Assembly (NCBI RefSeq): GCF_018977255.1
Contig: NW_024704743.1
Location: forward strand, 51,400,001-51,464,000
Reading direction: 5' to 3'
DNA: 64,000 nucleotides
DNA from: Callorhinchus milii
Lineage: Eukaryota
Below, piece after piece: positions 24,781 through 37,200 of this stretch (its first letter is position 1; the number at the start of each line of letters is the position of its first letter). The translations under genes were made by a program, and so were the position numbers. A model generated the notes under the pieces. It worked only from the letters and a program-made list of their open reading frames with translations. It ran no database searches and was not told the origin of the DNA.

Positions 24781-25619
24781 TCTTCAAGGTGAGGGTGATA
24801 GTGGCTGCTTTGAGGGGGTAGGAACAGCGTCAGATGACAGGAAGAGGTTGATGATGTTGGCAAATAGTGGGACAAGGAGATGGGCCTGGGATTTAAGGAG
24901 AGGGATAGGGCTGGGGTCCAAGAGCATGTGGTGAGCTTCATGGAGGATATGGTGGTGATGATAGAGGAGGGTGTGACAGGTTTGGAAGGAAGGATGGGTA
25001 ATTGTCGGAGTGTGTGTAGGGGTTAGGGAGGGGGTGGAAGTTGGGAGGGCAGTGGCAGCTGAGCGGATTCCCTCGATTTTGGACTCGAGGATGTCCAGCA
25101 TTTTCTCACAGTGAGAATCGGAGGAAAGTATCTGCGAGGCATGGCGGGGAGGGTGGAAGAGCCGGTTGGTGGTGGAAAACAGGAGCCTGGGATTGCCCTT
25201 TGCCTCCAGGATTAACCTGGAGTAGAAGGACGATTTGGCTGATGCGAGAGCGGAGCAGTAGGTTTTGATGTGGTCCAGCCAGATGTGCCAGTGGACCATT
25301 AGGCCGGATTTGAGCCCATTCAGCAGCCCGCACCTGGCCCTTGAGCGAGTGGAGGTGGCTGGTGAACCAGGGTGAGGATCAGGAATAGGATGCAGTTTGG
25401 GAGGTGAGGGGGCAAGGGCGTCGAGTGTGGTGGAGAGGGTGCTGTGGAGGAGTTTAAATGCAGAGGATAGATTGATGCGGGAGGTGGGCTAGAGGTGGAG
25501 GAGTTCAGAGGACTCAGGGATAGCGGAGAGGGTTTGCGGGGAGATCTTCTTCCAAGGGTGGTAGAACATGGTGGCAGGTTTGGAGGCAGTGGGGAGAGGG
25601 ATATAGGAGTTGAGGGAGA

Positions 25620-26225
25620 TGAAATGGTGGTCAGAGATGATGGTGACATCGGAGACACTGAGGCCCCGGGTGATCACCAGGTCGAGCAGGTGGCCGTGAA
25701 CGTGGGTAGCAGAGTGGATGTGGAGGGAGAGGTTGAGAGAGGAGAGGAGAGAGGAGAAATCTGAGGAGGTGGAGCAAGAGTGGGTGAAGTGGAGGTTGAA
25801 GTCGCCTAGGATGATGAGGTGGTCGGAGCAGAGGCAAAGGGAAGGAAAGAGGGTGGAGATGTCAGAGATGAAGGTGGGAGAGGATTTTGGGGGGCGGTAT
25901 ATTAGGAGAATTTTTATTGAAAGATGGGAGGGATGGCAGAGGATAAGGCCTTCAAAAGAGGGGAATGAGACAGCGGAGTAGGGGAATAGGGCAAGTGACG
26001 TCCTGGAGAAGAGGGCCACACGACCGCCATGATGGATGGGGCGTGGGGCATGGTGGTAGGTATAGTCAGGTGGTGTGGCCTCTGTGAGGGACAAGGTGTC
26101 ACCTGGGGTGATCCAGGTTTCCATGAGGGCCATAATAGCAACGTTCTCATCGAGGATAAGTACATTGATGGCCAGGGTCTTGTTGGAGATGAAGCGGACA
26201 TTTTGAAGTCCAATGCGGAGCTCAC
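25620..26225 (-). pseudogene. L2 apurinic-like endonuclease (APE) domain
   Basis: ORF 25489-26577 contains QNVR, METW, GGRVAL, IYRPP, ILGDFNLH, THVHGHLLDLV, SDHH. Confidence 0.95.
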
Positions 26226-27039
26226 AGTTGGCAGGGGGATGTGTGGGATGGGAGGGGTTAGTCGATTCGTTGGCAGCGAGGGTGGGGATGAGGATGAGGG
26301 AGGAGGTTAGCCCCCAGGGTCTGGATCTGGGGTGGCTTGCGGTGGTAGTGGGCAATGGCAGTTGGTGTGGCTGCTGCTGGACAGCCAATGCTGAGTGCCA
26401 CGATGAGCCTGGTGGAGGATTCCCAGGCTGGAGCAGAAGGAGACAGTGGGGGGGGTCAAGCAGAGATAGGAGACAGGGAGGGCGGAGATGGAGCAGGACA
26501 GAGCGGGAGAGTTGCAGAGAAGGAGGCATTTTGAGGGAGGGCCAGCTTGGGTCTGGGGCGGCAGCCAAGATGCGCACACTGAGACAAGAGGCGGCGGATT
26601 AGTGAGACATTGTCAGCCTGCAGGAGGCTGTGGGGGCTAGAGTTGGGGCAGAGGGGGGGAGGGTGCTTATTGCGGTTAGCAATGAGCAGCCTGCAGGGGA
26701 AGGACAGGGGAGGGAGACAGACTCTGAATTCCACTCTGAAACTCATCCCACAGGTGTTTGAACAAGTCTAGTCTAATGAAAATGTTGAACTTCACCGTCC
26801 CCATTGATTTATTCTTCAGAAAAAATACAAAGACATAAGTAAGGGATGAAAAATGCAGTTACACAACAGATTTGATAGTTATCGAATCACTTAAGAAAAA
26901 TCTGATTTTTCAGATGGTGTACAAATTGCAACAGAAAACACAAAGTCACTTTTATTGTCCTCTCTCCCAAGTGCCCAGTCTCAATCATGAAACCAAATTT
27001 CCTTGTCAAGTCAAGTCTGGAAGATCGCTTTGTCTTAAA

Positions 27040-27165
27040 ATTCAATATTATTTGTTGGCTCATAAATACACAGTGACTACACTTCACAGTAATATCTCAT
27101 GAACTACTTTGTCTTGACAATGTGATAAGGCATTAGATGAATTGCAAGGATTATAGTTATTATCA
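27040..27165 (+). mobile_element. SINE 3' tail
   Basis: acacagtgactacacttcacagta...tgtgataaggcattagatgaattgcaaggatta. Confidence 0.7.
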
Positions 27166-27619
27166 TTAAGCCAAAAGGAGGAAAATTCTTAAATTCAGTC
27201 TTAATTTAGAACCCGGATTTCTCTAGTTCTTAAACAGAACTGGTTTCCAAATTAAGATTTAATTTAACAAATTTCCACAATTCTGCATGATTTTATAATT
27301 TTAAGACAAAATGGCCTTATAGGCTAGGGCTGACCAGGAATTTTTGGCCTCTGCTGTGCAAGGGGTTCCCAGCACATGTCAGACCCTCCCGCTTGCTCCA
27401 TGGGAATGAAGAATTAGAGAGCTTTAATTGTGGTGATTTCCTGTTCCTCCTGCTATCTTGCCAATAGCAACTTTAGTACATGCTTCCACTCTCCCAACTA
27501 CAGGAGAACTTTCTCCCACAGGGAACTCTCGCTCACACCTTCACAACCACAGGGACTACACATTCTTATCAGAGAAAATGAGGAAAAAAATAAATTCTTC
27601 CTTTTCCCTTGGAACAGAA

Positions 27620-27800
27620 AATGTTGAGGGGTGATATGATAGATGTGTTTGGATGTTTAAAAGAGAATTCGGACAGCTTATGCAAAGGAAAACTATTAGA
27701 AGATTTGAGGGTAAGAACAGGGAATTGGGATTAGGATGGATAGTTTCCTGATGAAACAAATATTGAGATAAAAATGGACTACGTGCCCTCATACTTTTTT
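27620..27800 (+). mobile_element. Old CR1 3' end
   Basis: gttgaggg...gatgtttaaaagagaattcggacagcttatg...gaacagggaattggga...aatggactacgtgccc. Confidence 0.55.
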
Positions 27801-29189
27801 AAGATCTAGGCACTTGCAGCTGAAACTTAAATTTTACTGTGAGTTAAAAAGATTCCCCACCCCCTTCTCCCTCTCTCCTCCCTTCTCCTTCCACCCCACC
27901 CTGTTGTTCAGCACATTTGCCTAATTTTGCTTCTTAATCATAAGATCATTTTGCAGATGGTATGTGACATAATGCACATATTAGGCTTAAGAATTCAACA
28001 AGATTTAGCTGACATAAAGCAATTCAGATAGTTTAAGTAACAGCTGAGACAGTGAATGGGACAACCAGTGAAGAAGAATATTTATATTTTGCCTTTTTAA
28101 AATTATTAATCATTATGTTCTTTTTGGAGTTAAACTGTGATTTTCCTCATGACGGTACACAATGTTACAGCTGATAAGCACTTAACAGCTTCTCTTCAAA
28201 ATCTTTAAACAGCAGAGTTCACTTAATCCTGCGAGTGTTAATGGGACCCAAGGGAATCAAATAATAACATGAATTATCTGTTAGCAGAGCTCTAATCATT
28301 TTGGTAACTTATGATCAACAATTCGTGTCATCCTTTCAAACAACATTGAAAGGAAATTTGGTATTTCAAAAGGAACTGACAATTTGTGTCAAAAAAATTA
28401 ATTGCAATTATTTTCTGCTATTTACTCCTTTTTTTAAACAGCATCTTTTAGCTCAATAAACATCACTACATTTTGAATGAGGATATGCCTGATGCATATG
28501 CATACCAAGTCTCAATGCTGCCTGCAGGCTTTCATGTTCAGCTGATAAACCAGGGGTTCCTATGCCATGGAATTTTTCATGGTCATTGCCCGAGCCACTG
28601 CAGTAATGTTATAGGAGAGCTGCACCGTCATATCTTCCCATACCTCTGATGGAACAAAAAGACTGAGGTGACGCAAAGGTTGCCTGTCCCACACCTTGGT
28701 CTAGGCACTATATCAGTGCAATTTTTTGCTGAAGTTATTAGTTAAGTGCTTTGTACTGCATCCTAACATCTCACACTGTAGCCAGTGCAACACACCAGAC
28801 TCCAGTCTCTCTGTCCTAACCATTCTGCAATGGGCCTCTATAACCTTTTGTACCATGCTATCCAGCACTCACTCACCAAACAGTAATCTCCTTACATTCT
28901 TCACTTGTTTCCTCTTTGGATATGGTGTCGAGATCACAGTTCCTTTCAGATTCAGAATCAGCAAAGTTCCCTTTATTCACCAATGTGAGCTGTTTGTTAG
29001 AAGTGCAGAAAACCAGCTTCCAATTCTGGTTAAGAATTCTGCACAATCTTACATTTCAAGGCAGTTCAGGCTAAGACCATTAGAAATTTCAGGCCTGTGG
29101 TGCCTCTTAATGAGGTTTGAAATGGTCACATCATAGAAATAACCAGTTGAAACATTTACGCAATATTTTGGCAACCAGCAGGACACCGT

Positions 29190-29480
29190 GCATAGGAACA
29201 TAAGATCAGGAGTAGGCCATTCAGCCCCTCGAGCCTGTTCCACCATTGTATAAAATTATGGCTGATCTGTACTTCAACTCCAATTACCCGCCCTTGTATC
29301 TCTTGATACCCTGACCTAACAAATATCTATCCACTTCAGTCTTGAAAATGTGAAGGGATCCAGCATGCATAGCCTTTTGGTGGAGAGAGCTCCAGATTTC
29401 CACTACCCTTTGTGTGAAAAAATGGCTCCTGATTTCACTTCTAACCGGCCTTAGCTATAATTTTAAGATTATGTTCATCA
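29190..29480 (-). mobile_element. CR1 3' end (second CR1 subfamily)
   Basis: cataggaacataagatcaggagtaggccattcagcccctcgagcctg...ccagatttccactaccctttgtgtgaaaaaatg; minus [15 protein letters not shown]. Confidence 0.85.
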
Positions 29481-30296
29481 TCATCCCAGTGAGATCTCCA
29501 TCATGTAAATAAGTCCACATCATACAGTATTAAAAATTAAATATATTTTCCTAATAATCCCTCGTTAGTCTAATATTCAATTTGTAAAAGACTATTAAAC
29601 AACAAACAATTACATTTATATAGAGCCTTTCACGTTGGGAGAAGGTCTAAAAGTGCAACACACAGCTGATTGGAAGTTTGAGCTGGGATTGGCCAGGTGG
29701 GGTGTGGGGAGGAGTGCGGGGGGAATTGGGGGAGCTGCAGGGAGAGGTAGTCAAAACACTAGTTTATGGTTTGAAAAATGAGAAGCAATAGTTTATTGTT
29801 ATGCAACTACAGTATGTTGTTTCAGTTCAGGTTGCTCTGCTTCTCATCACTGGAGCTGGAGAACATGCAATAAATTAAAACAGCTAATTAATCCAGAAGG
29901 CAAAAATAGCTCCAAACCATTCAGAGTGCATATGTAAGCACAGTGAATTAGACTGATTAGAAAACACAGTACTAAAAGCATATTTCACACTGCTCCTGCC
30001 TGGAGGTTTGGCCAATGCAGCAGTACATTTTCTGCTATCATCAAGATCCTTAGAAATCCATGAACCAACAGTTGTTTGAGGGTTTTGGTTCTGCTTTCAT
30101 ATGACCTTCTGTTTGGTTTGGCTCTGAGGTGTGAGATTTGTAAAATGTTGCTTTGTAATGGAATTAATCATTGTCCATGTCATAAATCATGGAAAACCGT
30201 AGCTCTCACTTGAGGGAGTTTCTCCTGGTGTCCTAGCCAACAATCCCCCAATAAAATTGGACTTTTCACTTCACTTCAAGGCTGTTTGTTGGACAT

Positions 30297-30530
30297 TTAT
30301 TCACTCAGAGGGTTGCCAGGGTTTGGAATCCATTACCATAAGTGGCATTTGAGGCTGAATCAATAGAATCCGTCAAAAAGGAACTGGATAAGCATCTGAG
30401 CAGTGCAAATATTCAGCACTAAGAGAGTGTGCAATTAGGATTCATCAAAAAAGGGCAATTTAGATAAAGTAGGTATAGCAGGACAGACACGATGAGCCAA
30501 ATGGACCCTTTCTGTGCAGACAATCTCTTG
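30297..30530 (+). mobile_element. Old CR1 3' end, adjoining a Deu-SINE fragment at about 30205-30295
   Basis: ttcactcagagggttgccagggtttggaatccattacca (FTQRVARVWNPLP)...gaactggataagcatctg...gagccaaatggacc. Confidence 0.8.
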
Positions 30531-33064
30531 TTTGTAGGTGTGACTTACTTCTGGTTACTGGAGAAAGTCCCCTTTCTGATTTACGATCCTTATTAAAGAG
30601 TCCTGTTTAGAACCAGCTGTGTTTTAATCTCTTTTATTATTATTGCTCCTGGGATTCATGCCAATAAACTTTATACATCTGAATATAAACAAATAAATAT
30701 ATAAATAAACGTATACACAATTTTGTACATCTTCACCCTCCCTCAAACTCGGGCTTCCAGTCAGCTGTGTGAAACGCTTTGAGATGTCCTCCCAACATAA
30801 AAGGCACCATATATATGTAAATTGGTTTGTTGTAATTGACGTGTAAACAAAGTATGCTTTGTATCACAAAACGTGTCTGAAGGTAAACTCTCAAAAACTC
30901 AATAAAAGGTGGGGGCGGGGAGGAGGAAATAAAGCTTTATTCACAGGGATAACAATTTTCTATATTCAAACAGGTGACTCACTATTGGAACACACCAAGT
31001 GTCCCAAAGCTGAAATACTTAGACTTCAAGCATTTAATAACTGTCTCAGATATTCCCCCAACAGCCACAGCCATTGCCCATAATCAGATTTGAACTTCTT
31101 CCACATTGTACTCCACTTGGCAGAAGTACCAGCACGTAACAGAAGATCCTGAGAGATATGCATCGTCCTCCCTGTTAAGGACAGTTTAATGAAATTATGT
31201 TTCCCAAAGTAATGTTTCAGGAAATTAACATGACAAATTGTCATTCTGAAGATTAGTTAATGAATACTGTTAACAGAAATTAATGTTCTCTCTGCTGTGG
31301 TATTTTATTCACATTTTTCATCATGATTATCATCAAACCTTTTTTTCCCAGAAGAGGGATTGGGTGGGAAGAATATTCTTTACAGTTTCAAAACTTTTCA
31401 GATATCAGTGAAGAACGGTGATACATTCGAACTAAATGCCCTTCTGTAATAATCACCTCAACATCAAAACACGTCTCTGAATCCGTGGCTGAATTTCATT
31501 GTGTGTAAAGGCTTTGAATGATTTTACAAGCTGCTTGCCATTCCTAACTGATTCCAGGTCTTCAGATTGTAGGCAATAACATTCTTTGTCAGCTTGCATC
31601 ATTAAAAAGTGGAGAAAAATTAGTGCATAGCAGTCTATATGTCACTGGGAGTGTGCTGGGTGTTAGTAGAGAAAGAGACACATTTGGATTCCTCTGCAGA
31701 TTCTAAATTTGTACAGCCACATCCACAGAATTTTACTTGTCTTGGATCCCCAGTCAGCCCTATAAGCTGTACCACGCTGAATTCTGCAGTGACACTGAAG
31801 ATAGTGGCAGCATTTTCCAGCTTCCTTTCACCAACACAAGGTCAGTCAGAGTGTTAGGAGGGCAGTCCGGGGTCAGATAATGCAGTAGCAGTTACGAGGG
31901 GGGGGGGGGTGCAGTTAGGTTAGCATATTGTTCTGTAGTTGAGGGCCTTTTTTAAAGCTGATCCATCTTCATCCTTATAATTAGGCTCCCCCTCACCTTT
32001 TTAAAGCGTTGCTATGGAACACATTGACAGTTGCAGGCAAATTTTTCGGGGCAGTCATTTAAGTGGCATTTGCATTGTTCTCTGCTATGTAATTGGTAAT
32101 CATGAGGTGCAATAAAACTGCTTGGGCATTTAACAGGCTGCATAGAAATTGAAAAGGGTCTATTTTGTAGTTTGTCGTCTGTGTGTGGAGGCTGTTACTT
32201 TCACCCTTGCATGAACCAGGATTTATTATGGAAAAACACTAACACCTCAGTTCCCTTTCAACCTCTCAGTAGTATGAGTTAAAAGAACAAAAAATGGGTG
32301 GAGGAGGAAATCAAAACAAAGTAGATTTAATGGTCCATTAAATATTATTCCTGGTCCTTTTGTTTGTGGGGCAGTGAAAAGCCTGGGGAAAAATGGTGCA
32401 GAGGGGAAGGGGGAAGAAAAGCAGCATAAATATCGAGTTGTAAATCCTACAAAACATTAACTTCATTACTTGCAAATTAGTGTCTGCACTTTTCATTGAG
32501 CAGATACCACTCTCCCATCAGTCAGTGATCCAATGGGACTCAGCAGAAATGTTTAGACAGAGGTCAGACAATTGGAAGAGCAGCCTGAACCTTCCATGGA
32601 CTGAGGGAAGGTTTACAGCAGACCGCTTGCTTTCATCAGACAGCCTTGTAATAATTGATCTTTTGTTCTTAGACTTTGAGGTAATAGCTGCTGGAATAAA
32701 AAACACACAGTAACACTGTATAGTTTGATGACCGCACTGTCCTTTTGCTGAAACGGTTGGTCTTGCTGCCCTTTTAATCTCATGGGTTTCTTCTCTCTGT
32801 GTGAATTATATGAAGATGGAAGTGATTCAGCAATAAACATTGATTTTTTTGATGTATGATATTACATAGTGTCCCTGTCTAGGGTACGTTTGCTGAAGCT
32901 GTTTTCGGATTAAGGCTTCATAAAAAGTTTCTATTACACTTTTAAATAATTGGGTTAAGGGCCCTCGTCAATGTCAGCAATGTTAGAACTGAGATACCAG
33001 AGAGGGACATTTTATAAATTAAGCTGTTAGGAGTAAGAGTAAAAGTCAAAGAAACTCTTTCGAT

Positions 33065-33310
33065 ATTTTTATTTTTGGGGGCAGTTGGGTGGCTGACACA
33101 AGTGGAAACCTATCCAAACTAAAAGTAACCAAACCAAACTGAGAGTTCCATGCATCCCAACTGTATATGGAAATTCCCGAGATGTTTATTGGAATGGAAT
33201 GCACATTCTCTACCTGGAGGGGCACATCCTGCTTATCTAATTCGGGAGAGTATTGGGTGCAAAGCCGGGTTTGAGAGCCCCGAATGTGTGTTGGGATCTT
33301 GCTGGAGTCC
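33065..33310 (+). repeat. Unclassified interspersed repeat, copy 1
   Basis: Colinear with 42960-43200: tttttggggg...ggaaacc...ccaaaccaa.ctgaga.ttccatg...atggaaattcc...ttgga.tggaatgcac...gctta.ctaattc.gga.agtatt. Confidence 0.8.
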
Positions 33311-33466
33311 AACCAGCTAAAACTACATAGCTTGCCATTGAGAGCACTGTCTGACAAGCTTTCCATTTACTTGTCCTACCAGGAAAGGCTATATAAGGAT
33401 ACTACAAGTGAATCTCAAGAAGTACCTCAGAATTTGGAGAGAAAAGGCATTGAGTGAAATAATGAG

Positions 33467-33773
33467 ATAATAATCCTTGCATTTGATATAGTGCTTTTCA
33501 CATCTTCTAGATATCCCAAAGCGCTTCACAAATTGTACTGTAAAGTGAATTGACTGTATATATGTGGGTGAAATGCAGCAGCGAATCGCACACAACAGTG
33601 TCCCACAAAGAGTCGTGGATTGATTGACCAAATTATTATTTCTTTTTTTCTTGAAGGATTATTATCAGGCTTATGGAGTAAGGAAACTGCCCAAGGTTTG
33701 CCCTGCCGAGAATCAAACCCAGGTCTCTTGCTTGCAAGGCGAGTGCTCTAACCAATGAGCTACAGGAGTCCAT
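33467..33773 (-). mobile_element. tRNA-derived SINE family A, short internal-deletion variant
   Basis: Reverse complement tggactcctgtagctcattggttagagcactcgccttgcaagc...gggtttgattc...ccttgggcagtttccttactcc then directly gataataatcc and tail. Confidence 0.92.
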
Positions 33774-33857
33774 GCTCATGCCGGGTAGATGTGGTTGAGA
33801 ATCAAGTGGAACTGAGATTAACTATCTTTTCCTGTTCCTAAGCATTTTTATGTAAAT

Positions 33858-34229
33858 GTGATATCCTGTAGCTCAGTGGTTAGCGAACTCGCTTCGCAAG
33901 CAACTGGACCCGGGTTCGATTCCCGGCAGTACAAAACCTTAGGCAAGTTTCCTTACTCCACACGCCGCGGTTTACCTAACAGGAAGTAGGAACCCGGTTG
34001 TTAGTCAATTGCCACATTGCGTTTTTGGGGTAATAATCACTAAAAGAAAATGTGATAAATGTGATCACTCAATCGATGACTGTTTGCGGGACACTGCTGT
34101 GTGCAATTGGCTGCCGTGTTTTATCTGCAAAATATACAGTCAATCCACTTTACAATATATTCTGTGAAACATTTTTTGATGTCTTCCTGACGTGAAAGGC
34201 CCTATATCAAATGTAAGGATTATTATATT
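33858..34229 (+). mobile_element. tRNA-derived SINE family A, full length
   Basis: A box tagctcagtggttag, B box ggttcgattcc, CORE-like ccttaggcaagtttccttac, L2-type tail. Confidence 0.93.
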
Positions 34230-37200
34230 AGAAATAATAATAATCCTTACATTTGATATTGTGCCTTTCACTATAATATTTTTATTAATGTAAAGGATAC
34301 CTCAGCCTTGAGCCTGAAATAATGATATCGCCAGTCGTGGAGATTAACCTTTCTCTCTCTTGCCATGCGTGTCATTTATTCCTATTTTTATCTTAGTTGC
34401 AGTAACATTTGTGACCTTCCTTAATTCAATCCTTGTGTTGATTAGCACCGGTGTAAGTATGCCTAGATTTGAAATTAGCATTTAAAAGTTTACCTTATTT
34501 ATCCTAAACACTGTGTAACCAAATTAACCTCCAGTATGTGATTTACTAAATATCGTTGGTCATGCGTCATGCATTGTGGTATGGAATCCAGCTAGCTTTA
34601 GGCTTCTGTTTAAGATCATTCACTCACTCGCTCACACAAAGGCCTACAGCCATTTATTGGTTATATATGATCCAGGGTGAGAGGAGAATGGGAGAGAAAA
34701 AAATCCAACTTAATGAATAACAAAAAGAAGTATTGCTTTTAAGTGTCAGGTCTTATGTATGGAAATGTAACAGGAATTCTGCAGTCGTTTCATCAGTCTA
34801 AACCCATGTCTCAACTTCATTTGAAACCGTTGATCATCATGCAGGAGTGGTAAGGATACTGTTTGCACTATCGCAATGAAAGCTGCTGATTGACTAACAT
34901 TTTGTCTTAGTCAGACTCATAGCTCTTTCCAGCCTTAAGTACTGACCTAGCAGGTCTCTGGCATACTGGACATGAGGGAAGGCAGAAAGAGATTTCTCTT
35001 CACAAGTTGCTGAACTAACTAAACAATTCCTTTACCCAAACTCCACAGAGGACGGACATATTTTACAACAACCAAACCTTCCCTGCAGCAATGTTGTCAT
35101 TATTTTAGCCTCTTCTATTATAGATGTAGAGAATATTTTCAAGCCTCTCAGGTCTTTATCCTGTCCACATTTTGAAAATCCCATTGTCGGATTAAAGGTA
35201 AAGAGAGAAGTTGAATTTTTATAGCACCTTATCAGATTTAAACATTTGAAAACGTGTTACTGTCAAGTGCACTGACTGTTTTATAGGCAAAAACTCAGCA
35301 AACATTTGGCACATGACAAGATCCTACGATAGCCATGAGGTGAATGATGAATTATATTTGGAGTATTGCTGGTTTTAAAGTTAAAAATCCATAGGCAGAT
35401 TCAAGATTAACAAACCTTTTAATAGAGCTGGTGTAAATGTCAAACTCCCTAAATTCTTGGCACATAACATATATAAATACATTTCTTCAGATGTCAGTGC
35501 ACAACTAACACCCAATGACAATAGCATCCTCTTTGCTTCTGTTGCTTATTTTGCCAGGACATCAGAGCAATAAAAATTAGATTAACACTGAGGCAGGCTA
35601 GTAAAATAACCTGGCTGCAGAACAGTAAATTGAACCATTCTGGGATGGAATGGAATAGGAAACCAGCCCACCTCCAAAACATTTAAAAATAATAAAACAT
35701 CTGCCTTTCCTGCTGACATGTTAGCTACAAAAAGCCACTGTGCTCTCATCACAAAATGCAGTGGCTTACTAATAGTACCTGAAATAATCCACATCCACAA
35801 TTTAAACCTCTTACAACTTTGATTTTAACAAAGTCTCCTGAATATTTGTTCTTCTGAGGAAAAAACAAGCATGGTGCCAATAGAAGTAACAAGATAATTA
35901 CAACTGAAAGAAGTAATGAACACTCCCTGTACAAGCAGCAAACCAACGATTATGAACCTTGTAATTAGCTGTCATACAGGACTTTAAAACAAATGGATTA
36001 ATAGCCCACTTCAGCAGCTTTACGACAGACCACAGGGCAGCCTTCTTGCAGTTTATGGGATCCACAAGTGGAACTGGCTGCAGCTGTACTTCCCCCAAAG
36101 TGACTGACTTCAGGCCCAGACAAACTTGCTCAGTGCAACACCGACACACGACCAAAATAAACAGGGAGACGGTCCAAAGAATCACTGAATGCTAGTTATT
36201 TATTCAACACTAAATTAAGCAGTATGTTGTATAAGCAGAATCTTTTTGGCGAGGAAAGAAACCCAGAAGAGAACTGTTCATTCAATCACCAGTGGGCTTG
36301 CGGGGATCACCTTTGCAATAAGTTTTCACTCTCCACTGCCAAACAACAGCACACCCTTCTTTTTAATTGGATATTAATTTATTTGTGTATTTGAAGATTA
36401 TGCCATCACCATATCTTCATTGAAGATAATCCCTCAATAAACAATAAATAGGAAAGGCCCTCAGGCCTGGAAAGGGCTTTGTGCATTTTTAAGTATAACG
36501 TGAGAAACACCTGCACTTTGACAGCTTCTGATTAATGTGGTTTTGTTTCTTCATTAGATCACAATATCTAGTCTTAAATCACTGCTTCTTGAGCTGGTTT
36601 ATCTTCCCACCATTACTTTATTGCATTGCCTTGGGCAAAATTGCTTAAATGCAAAAGTGGCATTCTGTCTGGGGGAATTATAGCGTGCAGCCAAACAAGA
36701 ACAAAGTACTTCAGTTTAAAATATAATAGACAAGTGATGTATTGAAAGAACCTTAACGATTGCAGAGTCTGGGACCAATTGTACACTTACGCTAACATTA
36801 TTATACAATTTTGGCTGTGAATTCGTGCTGGTATTGTAAATTTAGTGCCAGGTTTGTAGTGTAGCACCAGTGGAATGTAAATGTGCTCCTTTACATCCCT
36901 GGCAGCCACACCCCACAGGAGAGAGGTGAATGTTTCCCTGAAGGCATGAAGGGAACAAATTGCAGGTCAGGTCCTCCAACCTGTCCAGAGCTCACATGTA
37001 TAGCAACTTATGTATAATGCTTGGAGCTGGTCACTTGCTGCTTGGGAGGAGCATTGAGGGCAACCAGAGGCCCAACATTTCTCATGGTCTCGAAGTTTGA
37101 GGTTGTGAAGAATTTAATGTCTTCAACTCAGTTTTAATTTGCAAGGTTGTTCTGAGAAGTTATAAACTGAATTGAAAAAATATTCAAAATTCATCACAAT

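Larger units (their letters stand above)
23355..26726 (-). mobile_element. Near full-length L2-clade LINE (about 3.4 kb, single ORF, decayed)
   Basis: GC-rich block with APE and RT motifs, 3' stem-loop tail and (TTG)n; possible TSD AATTC at 23350-23354 and 26727-26731. Confidence 0.93.

Noticed and set aside
23461..26602. Many plus-strand Gly/Glu/Arg-rich ORFs
   Set aside because: Antisense shadows of the C-rich L2 coding strand
33862..33930. tRNA-like sequence with A and B boxes (also 47221, 49190, 50920)
   Set aside because: SINE heads: no proper acceptor stem or terminator, and they run into SINE bodies
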